NCBI GenBank assembly: GCA_051294375.1
Contig: CM119266.1
Location: forward strand, 22,978,338-23,042,337
From: Paraspadella gotoi
Lineage: Eukaryota > Animalia > Chaetognatha
DNA length: 64,000 nucleotides
Direction: 5' to 3'
Shown here piece by piece: positions 54,150 to 64,000 of this stretch. Below the pieces are notes generated by a model, which saw only the letters and a program-made list of their open reading frames with translations, made no database searches and was not told the origin of the DNA. The position numbers and the translations under genes are program-made. Position 1 is the first letter of the stretch, and every line of letters begins with the position of its first letter.

Positions 54150-56146
54150 TATAAAACATGACATACTCATTGCACAAACTGCAAAATCACGAAGTTAAAT
54201 CGATGTTTCTTCTGTCGTCAATATTTTCACCCGTGACGGACAAAGCATCAGCCGTGGGTGAGTCACAACTCACTCGACTCAGATTTCACGGATGACGTCG
54301 CGACTCCATCTTCGCGTAAAACTCACTTTTTCCGATTTCACGCGCGGGTCTCACCGCGTGGGAGAGACGTGAGCCAGAGCGTGAAGTCGGATGAAACTTA
54401 ATGATGAGGTGAGCGAGGGAGGGAGGGCGACGATGGGGTTAGAAAGAGAGGGTGCGCTGTTGAAAAGCCTTCTACTATATAGTAGAACTTCCCAAGTCAA
54501 GGGTTTTAATGTTAATCTCTGGTCGTGAGTGCATCGACGAAATCACACACAGGATTTATATCATCCTCCTATTTTATTCAGCGTCGTTGATCGGAAAATG
54601 GTCAGTTGCGTTTATTTCAATGTTCATTTGTCACGCATTTGGCAACGCTTATAAAATTTACTTTGCATATAATAATTTTTAGTTTCAAATTTTTTCAAAC
54701 TGATCTCTTTCACCAGTTTTTCTCCTACCAGGGCCGATGCTTCCCGGCCCAGTGCTTCCCGGCCGAATGCTTCCCAGCCCAAAGCTTACCCGCTTTGATT
54801 TTGTAAAAAAAAAATGCATCTCTCTTCNNNNNNNNNNNNNNNNNNNNNNNNNNNNNNNNNNNNNNNNNNNNNNNNNNNNNNNNNNNNNNNNNNNNNNNNN
54901 NNNNNNNNNNNNNNNNNNNNNNNNNNNNNNNNNNNNNNNNNNNNNNNNNNNNNNNNNNNNNNNNNNNNNNNNNNNNNNNNNNNNNNNTCCAAAAATTGTT
55001 TCAAATTCTAAGCTTTCTTTCTTTTTTGTATTTCTTTGTAAATTTTTCTATGGTTTTCTAAACCAACTTTTAAACTTGTCATTGCTTTTTCAGGTGTTAT
55101 TTTCATTTTCGAATTTACAAAGCTTCAATTGACTCAAATAAGAAAGAAAAAAAAAAGAAGAAAGAAAGAAAAGAAAGTAGATAGAATAAAAAAAAGAAAG
55201 AAGGTAAAACAAATGAAAAATAATAAAACATGAATACTCATTGCACAACTTCATCACACGAAGTTAAATCGATGTTTCTTCTGTCATTCAATATTATTCA
55301 CCTACGTGACGGACACAAGCGATCAGCCGATGCGCACCTGGTAGCACACCACCCACACGCGATGTACCGTCGCGACTCCACTCGCGAAACTCACTTTTAC
55401 CTGCTGCGTTCTCACCGCGTGGAGATACGTGATCCAGAGCGTGAAGTCGATGAAACTTTAATGATGAGGTGAGCGATGGAGGAGGGCGCGATGGAGGTTA
55501 GATAAGAGAGGGTGCGCTGTTGAAAAGCCTTCTACTATATAGTAGAACTTCCCAAGTTTCAAGGGTTTTAAATGGTTAATCTCTGGTCGTTGATGTGCAT
55601 CGACGAAATCCACAGCACAGGATTTATTATCATCTCCTATTTATTCAGCGTTTCGTTTGATCGGAAAATGCGTCAGTTGCGTTTTATTTCAATGTTCATT
55701 TGTCACGCATTTGGCAACGCTTATAAAATTTACTTTGGCTATAAATAATTTTTAGTTTCAATTTTTTTCAAACTGATCTCTTTTCACAGTTTTTTCTACC
55801 AGGGGCCGATGCTTCCCGGCCCAGTTGCTTCCCGGCGAATTGCTTCCCAGCCCAAAGCTTACCCGCTTTGATTTTGTAAAACAAAACTGTGTCAAACGCC
55901 GATCCGCGATCTTCGTCCCGCCAAATCACGGGGGACTTTCTTTTCAGCGTTTCGCTTCCTGTTAGAACCCTCTCTTTCTCTTCCTATTAATTTCCAAAAA
56001 ATTGTTTCAAATTCTAGGCTTTCTTTCTTTTTTTGTATTTCTTTTGCAATTTTCTCCCTATGGTTTTCTAAACCAATTTTAAACCTTTTCATGCTTTTCA
56101 GGTTGTTATTTTATTTTCGAATTTACAAGCTTCAATTGACTCAAAT
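54150..56146 (+). repeat. ~1-kb tandem overlap duplication around the 160-N gap
   Basis: 54150-54810 matches ~55222-55880 (catactcattgcacaa...gcttacccgctttgattttgtaaaa); 54988-55138 matches ~55993-56146. Confidence 0.88.
54737..54792 (+). repeat. 15-bp tandem repeat, about 4 units (tgcttcccggccca)
   Basis: Direct reading; duplicated at ~55809-55866. Confidence 0.85.
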
Positions 56147-56171
56147 TAGATGTCGTCTTTTTTTTTTAAAG

Positions 56172-56458
56172 ATACTCGCAGAACTGAAACAAGAACAACA
56201 CACAACACAAGCCCTCCTTCAACAACTAAACACCGCGCCCGCCTACCGCTCCAGACGCCGAAAACGCTGTGAGGGCCGGAAGGTCAGAGGCAGAGGAGAT
56301 CGTTATGCGGCGAGATCGAGCTATAAATATGCGAATCAAAGAAGTTAAAGTTTCGCAGACGATACAAGAAGGCTTTTTAGGGACCGATGAGCGCTTAAGG
56401 ACGGGGAGGCAAAGAAGACGAGAAATGAGAAGAAATAGGGGGGGGTTGGTTGAGACGG
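56172..56458 (+). CDS. Candidate coiled-coil exon with at least one frameshift (probably sequencing error)
   Basis: ttttttttaaag| acceptor, ILAELKQEQHTTQALLQQLNTA, then in a shifted frame AENAVRAGRSEAEEIVMRRDRAINMRIKEVK. Confidence 0.35.
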
Positions 56459-56528
56459 GTTAAAGAAGAGGGGAGAGAGGGAGAGGGAGGAAAGAGTGAG
56501 ACAGAGAGAGTGAATTTGTTCCCTCCTC

Positions 56529-56585
<57 letters not shown>

Positions 56586-58016
56586 TCTACTGTCTATCTC
56601 TCTCTCTCTCTCTCTCTCTCGCTTCTCTCTCTCCTCTTCAAGCGCCTTCCAGGAGTTGGCATAAGCCTAACGAGTTTTACCGATTGCTTCGCTTTTGTAG
56701 TTTTTGATTGGAAAAAGGAGTAAAAAAAACCAAAAAAAGATGTTGGCTCCGGAAGAAATTTCGTATAAATCAATTCTAAATCTTTTCGCGTTTCAAATCG
56801 GAAAAGAGGAAAGAAATAAAGGGATTTTTTGAATTTGTTGGGACGATTTGTAAAAAACTTTATCGGACGAAAAAATCATTGAAACAAAATGTATATAATT
56901 GAAGTAATTTCCTTGTTATTTTGTTCTTATGAATAAAGTACATATTTTTTAAATAAAATTGGTTAGACATTGTTATGATTCTTTCTTTTCGTTGTGTTTG
57001 AGTTTAAGGACAAAACAGTTTTTAATATGCAACACTTATTTATTTGGCCCAAATGTAGGACAAGTTTTCGACTCTGTCTTAGAGNNNNNNNNNNNNNNNN
57101 NNNNNNNNNTTTTTTTCATCAGCGGTTGCCAAATAAATCGTTGTTGCGTATTAAAAACTGTTTTTTTCCTTAAATAAAATTATATCAAAGCCGCTTACAA
57201 AGATATTAAAACGAATCTCCTCGTTATCCTAAATTCTTCATTTTGAATCGGGAAATGATTTATGGCGCAGGCTTTAAACTCGGAAAGCCGGTCTCATTCC
57301 GCGAGACGCGCGCCGGATCAGATCGTCTCTCATTTTTTAATTCTTTTTTATTTTCCGAAGCCAAAAAAAAAAAGGTAAGAAAAGTGAGCGCGTGATAGTT
57401 CACTTCACTCCCACTAATTTCGCGTTGCCGAGGAAAGAGGAAAGAGCTTCAAAGTTCATAAACTCCCACTAATCTCGTCGGCGGCGCCTGAAAATTTTTC
57501 GGATCGTCGGTTCAGACGCGATTAATAGAAAGAAGACAAGAGGAAGAAAAAAAAAAAGGCTCCGGGTGAAAACCGAAATTTAACGGCGTTTTAAAAAAAA
57601 ATTAAAACCTTTCTTGCCTACTGTTTATTTTCTTATTCAGTCCTCTTTATTTATGGACTTTAGTAATTATTGTTCGAAACGGATTCGCATTTCTCACTCG
57701 ATCGATCTCAACTCGATCCTTTGCTTCGACCTTACCTCAGCTAACTTTCGACTGACCTCACCCTCTCTTCTATTTGACCGTCGTTTCGCGTTTCGAAATT
57801 CGAATTCCTGAATATTTCCTCTGCTCACTTTTTCCAATGAAACCAACCACCCTTCCGTACTTTACACCCCTTCGTCAGGCCCGGACCTTCTCAAGAAATC
57901 CACCTTCCACCCAATCATTCCACCATCCCAGCCATGACCCTCTCCAGCCAAAGTCCCCCCCACCGCATGACCTTCTTCCCCCTCGGCGCCCATTTTTAAC
58001 TTCTTCTCGCCTCCAG

Positions 58017-58122
58017 ATTCTCCCACGGACTTTGACGGCGACGACGAGGAGACGACGATGACGAAGACGAAGACGAACATCGGGACGATGTAGAAGAAGA
58101 CGTTGAGGAAGAAAACGACTAA
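58017..58122 (+). CDS. Candidate terminal exon encoding an acidic tail (second version at 62727-62829)
   Basis: Acceptor ttcttctcgcctccag|. The 62727 version reads TDFDGDDEDDDDDEDEDEHDDVEEDVEEEND-stop. Confidence 0.35.
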
Positions 58123-58137
58123 GAACTGTAGAGGTAG

Positions 58138-59675
58138 GCTCCAACGGTCGATCGATGTCTTTTAAGAACCAACGAAAATCTGAAACTTCAATAATTACCA
58201 TCTTTCTTGATCTCATTAGTTAGTATGAAGCTTACTTCATTTAAAAAAACGATAGTCCTAAGTTATCTCCTTCTTTATCACTAGAACTTTCGCAGGTAAA
58301 TTTCTATGAGTTAAAACACGGTAAGAACATGATTTTTTCATGATTGTTTATCTAATCTCATTACTGCGTAATTTTAGATATAAGTATGTTCGAATTTTTT
58401 ACATGATATGATAATTTTTAAAGATCGAATTCCTCATAAGAACTTCACGGTCTTTCTAACATAAGTTTTTTAGGTAAGACGCAATTAATCGATACACTTT
58501 TTTTTTCTTCTACGCTTTCCCTGATTCTTTTCTTCACCTTCTTTCTTCTCTTCTTTATATTTTCCTCTTCCCTTTCCTCCTACTTCTCACTCTGTCACAT
58601 AACCATTTTTCGGCCCCTACTTTTCTGCCACTCATGCCACTTTCCTTAGCTTTTTCTCCTCCTTCCTCTCTTCTCTTGCTTTCTCCTCTTTTTCTTTCCA
58701 ATTTTCCACCTCATTCTACTTTTATTTTCTTACTATTTTTCCCTTCATTGCCATTTTTGGTTGCCTTTGGCCCCCTCTTCATTTTTCTTCCTCTCTTTTT
58801 CTTGTTTTCTCTTTCCTCTTCCCTCTCCAACGTTTACATTGAGCCAATAATCAAGAAAATCATTTTAATATGCATTATAAGAAAGAAAATGACGGTAAGC
58901 GATGATTTTTCTTCAATTTTGTTGCGCTAGCAAATTTAGTATCGACAGATTTTGCCGGAAATTTTTCCGCAAATCTGTCGATTCTGAGAAAAACAAGTCC
59001 TGACCGCTTTCCATTGGCTTAAAAGGATGCGGTTTTTTTGTTTTAATCAAACGTCCGCAAGTAACCCCATCTTTTAAACTAATAAAAGAGTTGAAAAATT
59101 TTCTTTATCATTAAATAAATGCAAGTCACAAAAAGTCACAAAATAAAAGTGTCTATAAAAATTATTTGTGGCTAAACGAAAAGAGTTTTTTTGATAATTT
59201 TGTAGGTGGTTTAAAAGCTTATTCTGTGAACTTATTTCTGTTAGTTTAAGCCCATTTAAATTAATTTTTGTTTAATAAATTTACTAAACTAAAACTGCGA
59301 CTTTTTGGGACTTGGTCAACTTTAAAATACTTATTCATAAGTGAAACTATGAATGATATAAAGGAAAATATTTACTCAAGGGTGAAGAAAGATAAGGAAG
59401 AAGGGAATTCAAAAATAAAAAATTTTCTCAACTTTCCTTGGCATTCAAATTTGAAGACGAAAGTTGAAAATGGACAAAATGGACCATGATTTTTTTCCTA
59501 AAAAGTTGCAAAAATGTACTCTTATATGATTAGAAATAGCTGAGATGGTTTTAACCAAATCCGTATCTCGGGTCTAAAATTTATATATGGTGCAAATTTA
59601 AATTAATTTTGTTAATAGTAACTGAACAATACTGAAAAAAGTAGTTTTTTTCTCTGAATGCGAGGAATCGTAACC
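58138..59675. mobile_element. ~1.5-kb insertion of unknown class
   Basis: Absent from the empty site at 62836-62850 (aagaggtagatgacg). Flanked by agaggtag and the noisy agaaggcgtag. No TIR or ORF recognised. Confidence 0.55.
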
Positions 59676-59812
59676 AGAAGGCGTAGATGACGAGACTTAG
59701 ACGACTAAGACATGAAAAACGAGAAAATTAAAAGAACGAAAGTAAAAAATAGGGAAGAAACGAGGGGGAATCGGATAAAAAATATCAAAAATGCAAACTA
59801 TTACTTATTGAT

Positions 59813-61642
59813 TGCAAGTATAGTCATCTATCAAATCGCAATCCCCGGGGCGCTGCTAGGGGCGGACCTCGGGTGGCCCCGCGGGCGGCCCCGGGGGGCA
59901 AGCAATCTTATGTCTGGGGGCGGCCCCCTTGTAGCCTCTTTTTTTGGCGCCCCAAGGGGCCACTCAGGGGGAATTCCCTCCAGGGGCTAGAAAAACCTTC
60001 CTGGGGGCCCACCCCCAGGGGGATGAAATTTGCCTGCCCCCTGGAACGGCTCTCCTCTCACCTCCTATTTCTCTCTCTCATCTCTTCACTCTCTTTCCTC
60101 TCTTTCTCTATCCTCTTTTCTTTTTTCATCTTTATTAACATAAATTATAAAAATAAAAATAATATCTTTCACTTCAATTAATCAATCAATGAACCAAAGC
60201 TGCGCAAATACCAATATGCTAATTGGTCAACTTGCATTTAGTCAAATGACTATTTGCGTCAACTGACATAATTTGGACAACTGATATAATTGGGTCAACT
60301 TTTAGAAATTTGGGTCACTTTCATAACTTTGGTAAACTTTTATAATTTGGTCAACTTTCATAATTTGGGTCAATTTTAACATTTGGGTCAACTGGCATCT
60401 AATTTTAATTTTGTTATAAATTTAAAGTCAACTTGGCATATTGGTTGACCTTAATAATTTGGTCAATCTTTCATAATTTGGTAACTGACATAATTTTGGT
60501 CAACTGATTATTTATTTGGTCAACTTTAGAATTTGGTAAACTTTTATAATTTGGTAAACTTTCATAATTTGCGTCAACATGTCATAATTGGTCAACTTGC
60601 ATAATTTCGGTTCAACTTGCGTACTTTGGTCAACCAATCAACTTAACAATCTAGCTATTATTAATTTATCTGTAAAAAATAGAAAGAGAGAAAGAGTGAG
60701 AAATTTTTAAATAAATTCAAGTAAATGTGACTTTTTGTTTTTTCTATTAAACCTCACTTCCACTTGCATACTTTTCTACTACACACAACAATTTATTAAT
60801 TCATCTATGAAATTTTAAATAGTAAATAAATAGTAAGGATGGTTTTATTTTTTTTAATTCCTTATAAAAAAATTAATTAATAATTAATTAATATCAGTCC
60901 TTTAAGTCCGTCCCACATTAAACATTAAAACTCAAATTATTCATGATTAGATATAATGGATTGGAAAAAATCTGTTAGGGGTAGAAAAAGTGTGTGACTG
61001 GAGACTAGATATAAGTTTGCTTCAGCTTTCTCTTCAAACCATCAGCCTTCTCACAAACGTGGAGTTCATCGAGGCAATCCTACAAACTGACATTATTATT
61101 AACAAATCTTAAAATGAAAAAAAAATATTTCACATTATAAAATATCTTGAAAAAAAATGTTTTTTTTTTTAGTTACATAAAACAAGTCTTGAAAGATAGA
61201 GAGAGAGAAGATAGAGGAGAGAAAGAAAGAAGAAAGAAAAGGAACGATAGAAAAAAAGAGAGAGAGAGAAGAGAAAGAGAGAGGAGAGAGTAGTGGGAGA
61301 GAGAGAGAAAAGAGAGAGTAAACAGACAGGGAGAGATATTCCTCTCAGATACAATAACATTGTCAGAAAGTATATTTTCTTATCTAAACTTTTGCTCTCT
61401 CTCTTAACACTCGGGCCCCTGGGGGAGCACTTTTTTGTTCCCCAAGGGTTACCCAGGGGCAGACTTTTTTTTGGCCCCAGGGGCACACGCCCCAGGGGGG
61501 TTTCCCTGGGCAAAACATTTTGGTCTATTAAGGGGGCGCCCCCCTCAATGACCATCGTTTGCTGCTCCCCTGGAATAGTCTGCCCCCTGGGGCCGCCCTA
61601 GAGCCGCCCCGCGGGCGGTAGGATTTGGGAGATGACATATCT
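59813..61642. mobile_element. ~1.8-kb non-autonomous DNA transposon with imperfect TIRs and a 7-8 bp TSD
   Basis: Absent from the empty site at 62961-62980 (tacttattgatgacc). Flanked by ttattgat / ctattgat. Left end agtatagtcatctatcaaatc vs right-end reverse complement agatatgtcatctcccaaatc. Both ends have GC-rich CCCC-N-GGGG subterminal arms. No transposase seen. Confidence 0.75.
60220..60640. repeat. Degenerate ~18-20 bp minisatellite, unit like ataatttggtcaactttc
   Basis: Roughly 20 recurrences of ggtcaact/ggtaaact separated by ataattt, inside the 59813-61642 element. Confidence 0.88.
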
Positions 61643-62018
61643 CTATTGATGACCTAAATAACAAATACCACATGGAAAAAGACGCCGATTGACTAACAAT
61701 GAATGGTTTGAGATTCCAATTAAGTACTAGGACTATTCGATAGTGTCAAAAATAATTATGTAATATGTTTAAAACGACAAAGCCAAAGCCAGAGTTAAGA
61801 AGAAAGGAAGGAAATTGTTTTTCCTCTCTCGGCTTCGAGGGGTCGCGTTTTCGAATGCGAGTGCTGCGCTGCTTTTTTCGCCAACGGAGCGCGCGGCGGC
61901 GGGCCGGCTGCGGTCGCGCAGCGGCGTCGGTGCCGGAAAGAGCGAGGGTCGACGCGGCGGCGCTATGGCGTCATCGATTAACGCCAACGACGAGAAAGAG
62001 GGCGATCTACTATGAAAC

Positions 62019-62086
<68 letters not shown>

Positions 62087-62726
62087 AAGAGAGAAGAAGA
62101 AAAGGGTGGAAAGGTAAAGGATGAGTTTGAGGTAGTTAAGAATTATTTCGCCAATTATCTTGACTGTATCTGAGAAAGGTCTAAATTAATAGACATTTGA
62201 AAACATAATATTTATCCTTTATGCTGTTATTATCTTGTAATAAGCGCATGTAGCTAACCAAAGCCAAAGCGAGGGAACAAATATAGCGTATTTATAAAAT
62301 AAATGTTATAAGTTGATTTTTGGGTTGTAGCAATTCATATAAAAAAATCGGGTCTGCCGTCCAGCTTCCAATTTCTTTCTCGGCGCCGGAGAAATTGACA
62401 TTTTTGGCGCCAGAAATGTGTTTCTGTACTCCATGTAATTCCAACTCCGGGTCGTCCGGCGTTATCCGGCGCCATCGCATCCTTATAACTCTCTTTTGTC
62501 TCCATCGGCCTCATCTTCTTTCATCCTCGAAAGCTGCAGTCGTTTTGAGTAATGAGTCTGAGACTTCTGAACGTGCAAGACAATCAGATGTAATTCATGC
62601 AAATCCTACTTCGATAAGCTTTTCCCTTTCTCTTCCACCTTCTCCTCTCCCATCTCTCATGCTCGCTCTCATCATTTCTCCGGTCCTCTCGATCATCTCT
62701 CNNNNNNNNNNNNNNNNNNNNNNNNN

Positions 62727-63332
62727 ATTCTCCACGGACTTTGACGGCGACGACGAGGACGACGACGATGACGAAGACGAAGACGAACACGACGATGTAG
62801 AAGAAGACGTTGAGGAAGAAAACGACTAAGACTGTAAGAGGTAGATGACGAGGACTTAGACGACTAAGAACATGAAAAACGAGAAAAATTAAAAAGAACG
62901 AAATAAAAAAAAATAGGGAAAACGAGGGGAATCGGATAAAAATATCAAAATGAAAACTATTACTTATTGATGACCTAAATAACAAATAACCAACATGAAA
63001 AAAGACGCCATTGACTAACAATGAATGGTTTGAGATTCCAATTAAGTACTAGGACTATTCGATAGTGTCAAAAAATAATTATGTAATATGTTTAAAACGA
63101 CAAAGCCAAAGCCAGAGTAAGAAGAAAAGGAAGGAAATGTTTTTCCTCTCTCGGCTTCGAGGGGTCGCGTTTTCGAATGCGAGGCTCGCGCTGCTTTTTC
63201 GCCACGGCGGCGGCGGCGGGGCCGGCTGCGGTCCGCAGCGGCGTCGGTGCCGGAAAAGAGCGAGGGTCGCGCGGCGGCGCTGATGGCGTCATCGATTAAA
63301 CGCCAACGACGAGAAAGAGGGCGATCTACTAT

Positions 63333-63388
<56 letters not shown>

Positions 63389-64000
63389 AAGAGAGAGAAA
63401 GAGAAAAGGGTGGAAAGGTAAAGATGAGTTTGAGGAGTTAAGAATTATTCGCCAATTCATCTTGACTGTATCTGAGAAGGTCTAAATTATAGACATTTGA
63501 AAACATAATAATTTATCCTTTTATGCTGTTATTATCTTGTAATAGCGATGTAGGCCTCAACCAAAGCCAAAGCGAGGGAAAATATAGCGTATTTATAAAA
63601 TAAATGTATAAGTTGATTTTGGTTGTAGCAATTACATCATAAAAAAAATCGGTCTCCGTCCAGCTTCCAATTTCTTTCTCGGCGCCGGAGAAATCTCGAC
63701 AATTTTGGCGCCAGAAATGGCCGATTCCATGTAATTCCAATCCGGCGTCGTCCGGCGTTATCCGGCGCCCATCGCATCCTTATAACTTCTCTTTGTCTCC
63801 AATCGGCCTCATCTTCTTCATCCTCGAAGCTGCAGTCGCTTTTGAGTAAATGAGTCTGAGACTCTCTGAACGTGCAAGACAATCAGATGTAATTCATGCA
63901 AATCCTACTTCGATAAGCTTTTCCCTTTCTCTTCCACCTTCTCCTCTCCCATCTCTCATGCTCGCTCTCATCATTTCTCCGGTCCTCTCGATCATCTCTC
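62727..64000 (+). repeat. Second version of 58017-62701 lacking two internal insertions
   Basis: 62727-62845 matches 58017-58137; 62841-62971 matches 59683-59812; 62965-64000 matches 61644-62701. Confidence 0.92.

Noticed and set aside
60220-60640. CRISPR-like array
   Set aside because: Degenerate head-to-tail units with no unique spacers, no cas genes and a eukaryotic context.
62128-62146. let-7-like start tgaggtagt
   Set aside because: Match is limited to the seed, and the second version at ~63431 lacks it.

Overview
Eukaryotic, probably invertebrate animal, draft scaffold. It is AT-rich, dense in (AG/CT)n, (GAC)n and (AAAT)n microsatellites, and has nine N-gaps, five of exactly 25 N. Most ORF-track entries are microsatellite read-through. 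One gene is well supported: a 3-exon, 224-aa divergent tetraspanin on the minus strand (12285-13668) with CCA in place of the hallmark CCG. About half of the window is redundant. Segment 8696-22840 recurs inverted at 22866-37135 and again at 39901-54118 as indel-riddled copies. There is also a fold-back around the 38381 gap and two overlap duplications (54.1-56.1 kb, 58.0-64.0 kb). Most of this looks like long-read gap-filling artefact, but the copies appear to expose a second haplotype, including two presence/absence insertions; one is a TIR/TSD-bounded non-autonomous DNA transposon. Weaker signals are a four-E-box (CLEAR-like) cluster, Pbx-Hox-type sites and scattered candidate plus-strand exons. 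I found no convincing novel multi-gene system.
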